The notes under the pieces were generated by a model that was not told the DNA's origin, made no database searches, and saw only the letters and a program-made list of their open reading frames with translations. Shown here one piece after another: positions 28,202-37,581 of a stretch of 64,000 nt of DNA. Source of the stretch: an uncultured delta proteobacterium (GTDB lineage: Bacteria; Myxococcota; Kuafuiibacteriia; Kuafuiibacteriales; Kuafuiibacteriaceae). Made by a program: the position numbers and the translations under genes. Where the stretch lies: contig CAWDML010000001.1 of assembly GCA_963803435.1 (NCBI GenBank), positions 3,219,111-3,283,110 of the forward strand. The letters run 5' to 3'. Position 1 is the first letter of the stretch; each line of letters opens with the position of its first letter.

Positions 28202-28885
28202 TCACCACTCGAAGGAGCAGAAGACGCCGCCACCCGTGAGGAGCCCTCCCACCGCGAACAGGCTGACCGACGCGATCGTGAGGGCGCGCCGGGACGAGCG
28301 GAGCCCGTCGTAGCGAGCTCGAGTCGGGGCGCCGGCGAGCAGCTCGCCTCGGGCATGTGCGCTCCGCTCGGCCAGGATCGAGGCGCCGCCGATGACCAGC
28401 GCACCGGCCACGATCAGCGCCGGACCCCAGAGGGTGTCGAGCTCCAGCCTCGCCTCGGGCGGCGGTGCTCCGGAGATGCGCTCTGATCCCTCCGAGATCG
28501 GCGGAGGAAGGAGCCGATCGATCACCGGCGTGAGAACGGCGTCCCAGCCGCGGCCGTCGGCAGGGAGCGAAACGTGGATCTTCCTCGGCTTGGAGAGGTC
28601 GCCCGAGAAGTACTCCAACACGACCAGGTGCCGGGTCACGCCCACGAACACGCGAAGCAGGATCACGTCCTGGACGCCGAGCTCGCGGCGGGTGTCGGCG
28701 GCGCAGGCCTCCTCGTGCTGCGGGCAGCGCGCCTCGCCGGGCAAGCGCACCGCGTGTGCGTGCGTCTCGACCGCGCGCATCACGGCTTCGGCGGCTCGAC
28801 CGGCGATGACAGGGTCATCGGTGTCGATGATTCGAATCCCGCAGGGCGCGCCGACCGCCATCAGGGCCAACAGGTTCACGATCAC
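28202..28885 (-). CDS. Hypothetical membrane protein (myxobacterial kinase-associated type, two C-terminal TMs)
   Basis: Signal-like start, C-x5-C motif, C-terminal WGPALIVAG...ASVSLFAVGG. Confidence 0.7.
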   Translation of the reverse strand: MIVNLLALMAVGAPCGIRIIDTDDPVIAGRAAEAVMRAVETHAHAVRLPGEARCPQHEEACAADTRRELGVQDVILLRVFVGVTRHLVVLEYFSGDLSKPRKIHVSLPADGRGWDAVLTPVIDRLLPPPISEGSERISGAPPPEARLELDTLWGPALIVAGALVIGGASILAERSAHARGELLAGAPTRARYDGLRSSRRALTIASVSLFAVGGLLTGGGVFCSFEW

Positions 28886-28918
28886 GCGGTGGGGCCTCGG
28901 CGCGGGCGATCTTACCGC

Positions 28919-29338
28919 TCAACGGATCGTCTTGCGAGGCGCGAGATCGCGGAGGGCGATCCCACCGGTCGGTCTCAGCGAGGGCAGAGACGCCCGACCC
29001 CTCCTGTCTCCATTGAAGCTTCGGAATCGTTCCTGGTGGTGGCGATCGGCGTCGGCGCGGGCCTCGTGCTCACGCGCCAGCGCGGGCGCCGCCATCGCAG
29101 CAACCTCGAGCAGCGCACCGGCCGCCTCCCCCGCGCCCCGAGTGTGAAGATGCGCCGCCAGGCGGACCAGCGACTCGACCGCGATCCGCAGCTCATCGGT
29201 CTCGAGCAGCGCCTCCAGAGATGCCCGAAGGTGATCGAGATCTGGAGATGAGTACTGCGTCTGGTCGTTCGCCATCGACAGGAGCAGCGCGGCCTCGACC
29301 GCGATCGCGTGGAACTCGATGGGTTCGGCATCGACCAT
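28919..29338 (-). CDS. Small helical hypothetical protein (139 aa)
   Basis: ATG preceded by GGGGAGCGGAG, MVDAEPIEFHAIAVEAALL... Confidence 0.7.
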   Translation of the reverse strand: MVDAEPIEFHAIAVEAALLLSMANDQTQYSSPDLDHLRASLEALLETDELRIAVESLVRLAAHLHTRGAGEAAGALLEVAAMAAPALAREHEARADADRHHQERFRSFNGDRRGRASLPSLRPTGGIALRDLAPRKTIR

Positions 29339-29349
29339 CTCCGCTCCCC

Positions 29350-29736
29350 TCACGAGAAGAGCGCCTGAACCAACGCTCCGCCTGCCGGACCGTACATCGA
29401 CTGGGCCGCGAGGAAGGAGCGACAGTCGGCGAACGGCTGCGAGCAGAGCCCCGTCATCAGCGAGCCAAAGAACGCCTGCGCGCCGCTCTGCATCCCCGCG
29501 ATCTGCGCCTGTATCTGCTGGATCTGCATCTGCTGCCGGTTGGCGAGATCCGTCAGCTGCTCGTTGGCCTTCTTGTCCCATGCCGCGCGCCGCTTGGCCC
29601 GCTTCTTACCGCCACCTTCGGGCGGCCGTGGAGAGCCGATCATGTACGTGAGATAGTCGTTCAGCGAGAAGGCGCCCGACTGATACGCGTTGAACGCCAG
29701 CTGAGAGCTCGGGGTGATGCCGTTGACTGATGTCAT
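29350..29736 (-). CDS. Small hypothetical protein (128 aa), Gln-rich coiled coil
   Basis: ATG preceded by AAGGA, MTSVNGITPSSQLAFNAYQSG...RQQMQIQQIQAQIAG. Confidence 0.75.
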   Translation of the reverse strand: MTSVNGITPSSQLAFNAYQSGAFSLNDYLTYMIGSPRPPEGGGKKRAKRRAAWDKKANEQLTDLANRQQMQIQQIQAQIAGMQSGAQAFFGSLMTGLCSQPFADCRSFLAAQSMYGPAGGALVQALFS

Positions 29737-29760
29737 TCCTTGACCTCCGGGATGACCTGA

Positions 29761-29776
29761 TTCAAGAGCGGTGCCA
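29761..29776 (-). promoter_or_regulatory. Putative sigma-54 (-24/-12) promoter
   Basis: TGGCAC-CGCTC-TTGAA versus consensus TGGCAC-N5-TTGCW (one mismatch at -12), ~25 bp upstream of the 29736 ATG and downstream of a sigma-54 activator gene. Confidence 0.55.
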
Positions 29777-29848
29777 GCGCGAACCCCGCCGCCTGCCGGT
29801 CGCGGTGTCGACCATTCGGGACGAACGTGACCCGTCCTGTCGACACTC

Positions 29849-31354
29849 TCAGCGGTCTGCCGTGGAGACATCGCGCTCGAGCGCGTCGAGGTCGCGGAGC
29901 AGGAGACGTCGAGCCTCCGGCGTGTCCACGGCCCCCAAGCGCTCACGAAGATCGAAGTAGCGCGCCTCGAGCGACGCCAGCTCGTCGAGCGGGATCGCGG
30001 GTCCGGAGCGCTTGAGCCGATCGAGGATCGCCCGCAGGCGGGCCGGCGGGTCCTCGGGCGGGCGCGGCGGCTCGCGCGCCTCCGGGCTGGGGAGCCGCCG
30101 ACGGGGCCGTCCAACGGCCCGACGGGGACCGGCCTGGCGCTCGTTTGGGGAGAAGGCCCTGGCTGGAGGCGGAGGTGCCCGCGGGATCACCGAAGGGACG
30201 ACAGCGGGAGGCGCGGGCGCACGCCGCGACACCGTGAGCGGGTCCCCCGGATCGATCGGATCGGAGGAGCTCACCACGACGAGGGTCGCCACGGCGGACA
30301 TCACGGTGATCGCGAGCCCGAGCGACAGCATCGTCCACCCGCTGATAGGCCATTCGGGCGGATCATTGGTGCGGGTCGGCGGGGGCTCGAGCGAGACGGT
30401 CGTGAACTGCCGGAAGCCGAGATCGTCCTCACCGCTGACCTCGAGGGTAAAGAGGTTCGCCGTATCCGAGACGTCCGGCTCCGGCTCCAGGTCGGCCAGC
30501 CAGTCGCGCAGCATCCTGTGCCCTTCCCGCTCCGACTCCTTCGTGAGGGTGCGCCAGCATGCCTCCACCATCGCGCCCGCGTTCGGGTAGCGGTCCTCCT
30601 TCCGCGACCGGGTCGCCCGCTCGATCAGCTGAGCGATCGCCTCGGGCACTCCAGGATCGATGACCACCGAGCCGCCCGCGATCACCCGCTTGCGCGCCGC
30701 CTCGTCCTCCAGCGGGCTCCGGCCGGCGACCAACCGATGAAGCACGCAACCGAGTGAGAAGAGATCGGTGCGGCCGTCGAGCGCCGCACCTCGGGCCTGC
30801 TCCGGCGCCATGTAGGCCAGCGTCCCCTTCACCACGCCGAGCGCAGTCGTCTCGAGTCGGTCGTGCGCGCGTGCGATTCCGAAGTCGCTCAGCTTCACGT
30901 CGCCCGTCGAGGACACCAGGATGTTTCCAGGCGTAACGTCGCGGTGGACGATGCCCAGCGGCTCGCCGCTCTCGTCGAGCGCGGAGTGCGCATATTCGAG
31001 CGCACGAGCAATCTCGATGACGATGTGGATCGCGACGGGCAGCGGGAGGGGCCCTCGCGCGAGGAGCGACCCAAGATCGGTGCCCCTGACCCGCTCGAGC
31101 ACCTGAAAGGGCACGCCGTCGGCCACACCGAAGTCGAGGATGGAGACGATGTTCGGGTGGCTCAGTCGGCTCGAGATGCGCGCCTCGTCCAGAAAAGAGC
31201 GCCGGAGCGGCCCGTCTCGTGTGAGCGGCTGGAGGAGCCGCTTGATCGCCACCTCGCGCGAGAATCCGTTGTCTCCGACGGCTATCGCCTCGAACACCTC
31301 GGCGATCCCTCCGCGCTGGAGAAGTCGCTGGACCTGATATCTCCCGAGCAGCAT
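29849..31354 (-). CDS. Membrane-anchored Ser/Thr protein kinase (Hanks type)
   Basis: VAIKRL, HPNIV, HRDVTPGNIL, KLSDFG, YMAPEQ, DLFSLG, then TM and Pro-rich tail. Confidence 0.95.
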   Translation of the reverse strand: MLLGRYQVQRLLQRGGIAEVFEAIAVGDNGFSREVAIKRLLQPLTRDGPLRRSFLDEARISSRLSHPNIVSILDFGVADGVPFQVLERVRGTDLGSLLARGPLPLPVAIHIVIEIARALEYAHSALDESGEPLGIVHRDVTPGNILVSSTGDVKLSDFGIARAHDRLETTALGVVKGTLAYMAPEQARGAALDGRTDLFSLGCVLHRLVAGRSPLEDEAARKRVIAGGSVVIDPGVPEAIAQLIERATRSRKEDRYPNAGAMVEACWRTLTKESEREGHRMLRDWLADLEPEPDVSDTANLFTLEVSGEDDLGFRQFTTVSLEPPPTRTNDPPEWPISGWTMLSLGLAITVMSAVATLVVVSSSDPIDPGDPLTVSRRAPAPPAVVPSVIPRAPPPPARAFSPNERQAGPRRAVGRPRRRLPSPEAREPPRPPEDPPARLRAILDRLKRSGPAIPLDELASLEARYFDLRERLGAVDTPEARRLLLRDLDALERDVSTADR

Positions 31355-31360
31355 CGGCCG

Positions 31361-32680
31361 TCACCGAAAGCCGTGGCGGCGCAGCATTCGATTGAAGTAC
31401 GAGCGGTGGATCTCGGACACCCGCGCCGCCTCCGATACGTTGTCCCGGCAACGCTCGAGCAGAGCCTCGAGGTAGGTCCGCTCGAACTCGTCGAGCAAGA
31501 GGGCGCGCGCCCGCTTGAAGCTCATCTTCACCAGGTCCTCCGCAGGGACCGACGGAAACCCGCGACCGCCGGCGGGCTCGCTGCCCGGGTCGAGACGGGG
31601 TACCACGCCCATCGCGAGCGCCGCCTCCACGAAGTTGCGGAGCTCGCGGACGTTGCCCGGCCAGCGATGTTGGGCCAGCCCTTCCCTCGCGCTGGGCGGG
31701 AAAAGCTCGTCGATGCCGCCCGAGCCGCCCGCCTCCCGCAGGAAGTGCTCGATCAACAACGGGATGTCCTCCGCGCGCTCGCGCAGCGGCGGGATGCGCA
31801 GGAGGACCACCGCGATCCGGTAGTACAGGTCCTGTCGGAACGTGCCTTGGTTGACCTCTGCCCGGAGATCACGATTCGTGGCGCAGACTACGCGCACGTC
31901 GACGTCGATCGGATGCGTGCCTCCGAGCCGCCGAAAGCTGCGGCGCTCGAGCGCCCCCAGCAGCGTCGCCTGGAGCGGAGCCGGCAGCTCGCCGATCTCG
32001 TCGAGGAACAGCGTCCCTCCCTGGGCGCGCTCGAAGGCGCCGGCATGCTGCTGCTCGGCACCGGTGAAGGCGCCGCGCTCGTGCCCGAAGAGCTCGGAGG
32101 CGATCAGCGTGGGGGCGAGCGCCCCGCAATCGACCGTCTCGAACGGCTTCGCTGCGCGCGGGCTGGACTCGTGGATGGCGCGCGCCACCACCTCCTTGCC
32201 CGATCCAGTCTCGCCGAGGAGCAGGATCGACGCGTCCGATCGGGCGGCACGCTTCACCTGGGCCATGAGCGCGAGCATCACCGGCGAGCGCCCGCGAAGA
32301 TCCGCCAGCTGATCCTGGTCGTGAACCTCGAGCTCCAGGATCGCAGAGTCTTCGACCCGGATCGAGGTGCGGCCGAGGCTCAGTGCGGTACCGGGCGCGA
32401 CCGTCGCGGAGCTGATCGCGACCGAGCCTGAGATGGTCCCATTGGTCGAGCCGTGATCCACGACCGAGATTCGATCGCCGCGATGACTGAGCTCGAGGTG
32501 GTAGCGGGAGACGGTCTCGTCGGTGAGGACCAGATCGTTGCCATCGGCTGTGCCGACGCTGATCGTACCGGAGGTCGCGAGGCAGACGCGTCCGGTGTCT
32601 GGACCGCGCGTGACCTCGACACGGATGCCTTGAACGGGAAAGCTGCGTGAGCCGTGAGGGACGGTCGTCGGCTCGACCAC
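31361..32680 (-). CDS. FHA-domain sigma-54 enhancer-binding protein
   Basis: FHA (VGT..VSRYH..GSTNGT), GETGSGKE, GAFTGA, LFLDEIGE, WPGNVREL, C-terminal Fis-type HTH. Confidence 0.95.
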   Translation of the reverse strand: MVEPTTVPHGSRSFPVQGIRVEVTRGPDTGRVCLATSGTISVGTADGNDLVLTDETVSRYHLELSHRGDRISVVDHGSTNGTISGSVAISSATVAPGTALSLGRTSIRVEDSAILELEVHDQDQLADLRGRSPVMLALMAQVKRAARSDASILLLGETGSGKEVVARAIHESSPRAAKPFETVDCGALAPTLIASELFGHERGAFTGAEQQHAGAFERAQGGTLFLDEIGELPAPLQATLLGALERRSFRRLGGTHPIDVDVRVVCATNRDLRAEVNQGTFRQDLYYRIAVVLLRIPPLRERAEDIPLLIEHFLREAGGSGGIDELFPPSAREGLAQHRWPGNVRELRNFVEAALAMGVVPRLDPGSEPAGGRGFPSVPAEDLVKMSFKRARALLLDEFERTYLEALLERCRDNVSEAARVSEIHRSYFNRMLRRHGFR

Positions 32681-32692
32681 CGACGAAGACTA

Positions 32693-34056
32693 TCAAAACG
32701 CGTGCAGAACTGTAAGCGGGACGATGTTGGAACCGCCCTGGGCCGGCTCACCAACGGCGAGCAGCGCGCCCGCGAGCGGCAGCAAGCGGATCACCGATCC
32801 ACCCGCGACGAACTGGCTCGGACAGGCCACCCCGTCGACGAACGAGGTGACCGCGCCCGCGTCGCCTCCAGGACGAATGCACCTCGAAACGACGCGACCG
32901 AGTAGACGTCGAATCCGGGGAGCACAACCAGCTCGTCCTGCCAGGCGTCGGCGGCGGGATCGAACCTCAGGACCTGGCCTTCGATGCCGACCGCAATGCC
33001 GAAGCCAGCGACGTTCTCGAGGCAGCGCGCATGAAGCGAGGACGGATCCGTGTGCGGAATCGCGAGCTCGATCGTCCGCCCCTCCCTATGATGCACCATC
33101 TTCACCGCCTTGAAGCGCATCGCCACGGCCTCGCCCGGACCGAGCCGCTGCAGCCGATAACCGTATTTGTCAGTGCAGAGCTCAGTGCGGCACATGTCGT
33201 GGAGGCCTGCCCAAGCGCTGCCGTCGAACCGGATCAATGTGCCCGGCCTGACCACAGCGAAGGCCTCGACCTCCCCACCTGCGAGCTCGCCCACGGCGAG
33301 GACATCAATCCCACCCATCGTGCTGGTCGCGACGAGCTCGAGGCTCAGCGCGCCTCGCAGCACGCCGCGCCACAGCGATCCTTGCCGGTCGCCGAACCAG
33401 AGGCGGCCGCTCTGATCCACGGCACCGGCGGAGATCGCGACGCCCGCCGGCTGGACGGCGACACGCTGGGCGCCATCGAGCGTCACCTCGAACAGCTCGG
33501 CACTCGGGGTGCCGACGAGCGCCACTGTCGCGCTCAACGCCAACGCGAAGCCCTCGAAACCGGACTCCTCGCCCTGCTCCAGCAGATCGATCGGATCCGC
33601 CGTGAGCTGGAAGCAAGAGGTGGGGGGAGGCGGTTCGGTGCCTGCGATCCGAAAGGAGGCGAGCGCGTCGTCCGGCTCGCCGGGCGCCGCGCCGCCCACC
33701 ACGCCGCGCTCCACGTGGGAGACGAAGTGGAAGAGGGGTGTCGGCAGCGCCCGGCGCGGGTCGCTCTCCACCGGCCTCAGCTGGCCGGGCGAGATCTCCA
33801 TCTCCTCGAGCGGAACGGAGTAGGCCAGCATGTCGATCCGGGCGTCGGCCCGGGGCGGGAGCGCGCGCGCGACCGTCAGCGGAGCTCCGGCGCGGAGGTC
33901 CTCCGCATAGACATACAGCGCCCCCGACTGCTCGACGGACACGATCATCGACTCGACACCCGCGAGATCGGGGAGCTCGATCGAGAGCGTCTGCTCCAAG
34001 CCGCATCCCGAGATCATGGTCGCGATCACGACCATGACGAGGCGGACCCCCGGCAT
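32693..34056 (-). CDS. Hypothetical lipoprotein, probable beta-propeller (1-bp frameshift near 32870, probably sequencing error)
   Basis: Lipobox ISG-C. The mirror copy supplies the in-frame C-terminus ...VPLTVLHAF*. Confidence 0.7.
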
Positions 34057-34119
34057 CGCGCCCGACGCTAACACGCTGCCTCAGGATTGGGACACGTTCC
34101 GCGATCCTCGACCCAGAGC

Positions 34120-35238
34120 TCAGCGCGCCTCGAGGTCCTTCGGACGCCCGTGACGCGGATCGGAGAGGAAATCGTCGTCGGTGAGCGCCTTCAGGAACGC
34201 GACCAGATCGGACCGCTCCGACTCCGAGATCTCGAAGCCGTGGATGAACGGGCTCCGGTACGGGGACTCGGCGCCGTCCCCGGCGAACGGTCCGTCCTCG
34301 ACCCGCCGGCCGCCCCGCGCGTACAGGTCGATCACCTCCTCGAGCGTGTCGACGCTCCCGTCGTGCATGTAGGGGGCGGTGACGGCGACGTTGCGCAGCG
34401 TCGGGACGCGGAAGCGACCCATGTCCTCCGGGCGCATCGTGTGCTCGTAGAGGCCGGTGTTCGAGCTCGGATAGGCGCCCGTGCCGCCGACGTTGTAGAG
34501 GCCCGTGTTGCGGAACTCCTCCTCGGCCACGTTCGGATCCGCAGCGTCGGTGAAGTTGAGCCCGGTGTGGCAGTCGTGGCACTGGAGCGCCTCGTCGAAG
34601 AAGAGGGTCAGGCCCCGAAGCTGCGCCTCGGAGAGCGCCGGCTCGCCCCTCGAGAATCGATCCCACGGCGAGTTGCTGGAGATCAGAGTGCGCTCGAAGG
34701 TCGCGATCGCCTGGACCACCGTCGCGACCGTGACGCGATCCGACGCTGGCACCTCAGGGAACGCCTCCGCGAAGAGGTCCCGGTACAGATCGTCACTGCG
34801 GAAGCGATCGAGGATCTGCTCCGTGTCGATCGATGTGCCGAGCTCGACCGGATGCTCGTTGAACATCGGGCCGCGCGCCTGCGCCTCGAGCGTGGTGACG
34901 TCCGGATCGGCCCAGGTGTAGCTCGAGTAATAGGCAAGGTTCGACAGGCTCATCGCGTTGCGGGGGACCTGGTCGCCGCTCGCGCCGGTCGGGAGCGACT
35001 TCCCGTCGCTGAACGCGCGAGCCGGATCGTGGCAGGTGGCGCACGCGGTGGTGCCGTTGAAGGAGAGGCGCTCGTCGAAGAAGAGATGCCGGCCGAGCTC
35101 CACCTTCTCGGTCGTGATCGGATTGTCGCTCGGCACCTCCGGCTCCGGGAACCCCGCCGGCAGGTTCCACTCGAAGCTCGACTTCCCGCAGCCGGCGAGC
35201 GTGCCAATCGCGATCCAGCATGGGACGGCGCGGAGCAC
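34120..35238 (-). CDS. MbnH-type di-heme cytochrome c peroxidase-family enzyme (lipoprotein)
   Basis: FEWNLPAGFPEP..DNPITTEKVELGRHLFFD, CATCH, CHDCH, FRVPTLRNVAVTAPYMHDGS, lipobox LAG-C. Confidence 0.9.
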   Translation of the reverse strand: MLRAVPCWIAIGTLAGCGKSSFEWNLPAGFPEPEVPSDNPITTEKVELGRHLFFDERLSFNGTTACATCHDPARAFSDGKSLPTGASGDQVPRNAMSLSNLAYYSSYTWADPDVTTLEAQARGPMFNEHPVELGTSIDTEQILDRFRSDDLYRDLFAEAFPEVPASDRVTVATVVQAIATFERTLISSNSPWDRFSRGEPALSEAQLRGLTLFFDEALQCHDCHTGLNFTDAADPNVAEEEFRNTGLYNVGGTGAYPSSNTGLYEHTMRPEDMGRFRVPTLRNVAVTAPYMHDGSVDTLEEVIDLYARGGRRVEDGPFAGDGAESPYRSPFIHGFEISESERSDLVAFLKALTDDDFLSDPRHGRPKDLEAR

Positions 35239-35530
35239 AGCGCGCCCATCATCGCGCACCCCGGCGGCCCGCGTCGACCTCCGGTGCGCGCTGGAGGTCA
35301 CAGCCGCCTGGCCTGACTGTTGCTGCCGTCGGGCCGATGTTCGCGCCCGCATGGCCGCCCACCGCGCCGATCACCGTTGGGTCGTCGACCGCACGCTCGA
35401 GCTCGAGCGTCGCCTGCTCGAGCAGCGCGCCTTGGTCGCCCGCCCGCTCGAGCCCTGAGCGACGGGAGGCGCACCGCACCTCGCGTCGTTGCTCTGCGAG
35501 CCATATCGAGATAAGAGCGGCTCGCGCTCG

Positions 35531-36271
35531 ATGCCCGGTGCTCGCTCAACCGCCGTCCTGCTGTTCGCGAGCGCCCGCTACGAGCGCAACAAGCGGCTCG
35601 GGCTGGATCCATCGTCGGCACGCTCGGTCGCGGACGGTCTCTTCCTCCAGGCGATCGACGTCCTGAGCACGCTGCCGCGAGACGTCCCGGTGGTGATCGC
35701 CAGCGAGGAGACGCCACCGGCGCGGGCGCTGCGGATGCTCGGCGCCCGCGCGGTCGCCGTCGTCACGCAGGAGGGCAACGGCTTCGAGGCGCGCTTCCTC
35801 GGCGCCGTGGACCGAGCGCTCGCCCTCGGATTCGAGCGGATCGTGGCGATCGGCTCCGACACGCCGGGACTCGAGGCGTCCGATCTGACGGCGGCGATCG
35901 ACAGCCCCCTCGATCGGATGGTGGTCGGTCCCGCCGCCGACGGCGGCGCGTATCTGATCGCGCTCGATCGATCGGCGAGGTCGATCCTCGACGGCCTGCC
36001 CTGGTGCACCCCGAGCCTCACCCGCACGCTCATCGCCCGCGCCGGGCGCGCAGGGCATGCGGTTCGCACCTTGGCCGTCCGCAGCGACATCGACCGCCGC
36101 ACCGATGTTCGGCGGCTTAGGCCCACGCTGGAGGCGATCGTCCGTCGCTTCTTCGGGGCGCCCGCTGCGCCGGCCCGTCCCTCCCCCGCGGTCGACGCCC
36201 GCACGACTGCGCAGCCGCCGCCGCCCGGCCTCCCGCTGGGCCGCGCCTCTCCACGGCCTCCTCCGCTCTAG
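35531..36271 (+). CDS. DUF2064 / TIGR04282-like glycosyltransferase-fold (CofC-like) protein
   Basis: QEGNGFEARF, IGSDTPGL, VGPAADGGAYLI, LPW, DID. Pro-rich tail ending ASPRPPPL*. Confidence 0.85.
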   Translation: MPGARSTAVLLFASARYERNKRLGLDPSSARSVADGLFLQAIDVLSTLPRDVPVVIASEETPPARALRMLGARAVAVVTQEGNGFEARFLGAVDRALALGFERIVAIGSDTPGLEASDLTAAIDSPLDRMVVGPAADGGAYLIALDRSARSILDGLPWCTPSLTRTLIARAGRAGHAVRTLAVRSDIDRRTDVRRLRPTLEAIVRRFFGAPAAPARPSPAVDARTTAQPPPPGLPLGRASPRPPPL

Positions 36272-36318
36272 TCGATCTTTCGAGAGACCGATCTTCGGAT
36301 CGAGGAGGATGTCCTCAC

Positions 36319-37563
36319 ATGGCACCCGCGCTCCTTTTCGGCGCGGCGGCGATTTGCTCGCTGTCGATCTCAGCCACCACGCCCGATCTCGAGACCACGA
36401 CGGGCACCGTCGCTCCCTCCGGGGACGACGGCACGCTCACGCGGCTCTACGACGAGTTCCGCCAGCTGAAGTCCCGACTGCCGTTCGGATTCGGCGCCGG
36501 CGTCTATCTGTTCTACTACCAGCCCGTCGACCGAGGGAGCACGCTCGCCGGCGGCAGCCTGGACGGCACCTTCCAGGTCTACGCGGCCTACCTGAAGCTC
36601 GACAGCGAGATCGAAGGCTTCGGCGGGCACGCCGAGATCCGGATCCGCGACGGCGGCCACGTGGTGCCCGGCGCCAACAACGCCTATCTGCGCGGGTTCT
36701 TCACCTCGAACCTCTGGTTCCAGGAGATCTACGCGTACTTCACGCCCGGCCCCTATCTGAAGGCGAAGATCGGCAAGATCTATCGAGACGAGGGCATCTT
36801 CTGGGACGATTCGTTCTTCGGAAACATCCAGTACTTCGACGGGCTGAAGCTCAACCCCGACTACGGCGTGGCGGCGGAGGGCCAGGACGAGGTGACCAGC
36901 CTCTTCGCCATCGCCTACGACGCCCAGTTCTTTCTCCAGTCCGACGGCATCAACGGCGGGCTCGACTACGCGCGCACGCTCGGCGACGCGCCGCCCATGA
37001 ACGACTCGGCGGCGGCGCGCGCGTACAGCCCCAACCCGGAGGGGCAGCTCGACTCGGCGGGGAATCGGGCGGCGGCGTTCCGCAACGCGGTGGTGCTCCG
37101 CGTCGCCGGCGACCTGCATCCGAGCGAGAGCTTCGGCGTCACGCTCGGCGTGTCGGGCTCCACCGCGGAGATCCATCGTGCCTCCGCCATCGACCTCATC
37201 GACGACCGCGCCCGCGTCGACCACGCCGCGGTCGACCTCACCGCGCGGCTCGGTCCGATCCTCGCGTACGGCGAGTACCTCCGGCAGTGGGGAGCGGCCA
37301 CGCGCGCCGCCGATTACGTCCTCGCCGGCGCCCGTGCCGCCCTCGGCCCCGTGCAGCTGCGCTTCAACGCGAGCTGGGTGCACTACCACCTCAACCCAGG
37401 GATCAGCGAGCTGATCCTCCAGCCCGGCGTCACCTATGCCGTCGGTGGCGGGCTGTCGTTGCTCCTCGAGTACGACGAGTGGCAGCGGAAGGATCCGAGG
37501 ACCGATCCCTCGTACCAGCCGTACGATCGCTCGCTGAGCTTCGTCGCCCTCTATTCCTACTGA
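36319..37563 (+). CDS. Outer-membrane porin / beta-barrel protein
   Basis: Signal peptide, short coiled coil, alternating aromatic strands, terminal FVALYSY. Confidence 0.8.
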   Translation: MAPALLFGAAAICSLSISATTPDLETTTGTVAPSGDDGTLTRLYDEFRQLKSRLPFGFGAGVYLFYYQPVDRGSTLAGGSLDGTFQVYAAYLKLDSEIEGFGGHAEIRIRDGGHVVPGANNAYLRGFFTSNLWFQEIYAYFTPGPYLKAKIGKIYRDEGIFWDDSFFGNIQYFDGLKLNPDYGVAAEGQDEVTSLFAIAYDAQFFLQSDGINGGLDYARTLGDAPPMNDSAAARAYSPNPEGQLDSAGNRAAAFRNAVVLRVAGDLHPSESFGVTLGVSGSTAEIHRASAIDLIDDRARVDHAAVDLTARLGPILAYGEYLRQWGAATRAADYVLAGARAALGPVQLRFNASWVHYHLNPGISELILQPGVTYAVGGGLSLLLEYDEWQRKDPRTDPSYQPYDRSLSFVALYSY

Positions 37564-37581
37564 GATCGAAGGAGTCACACC

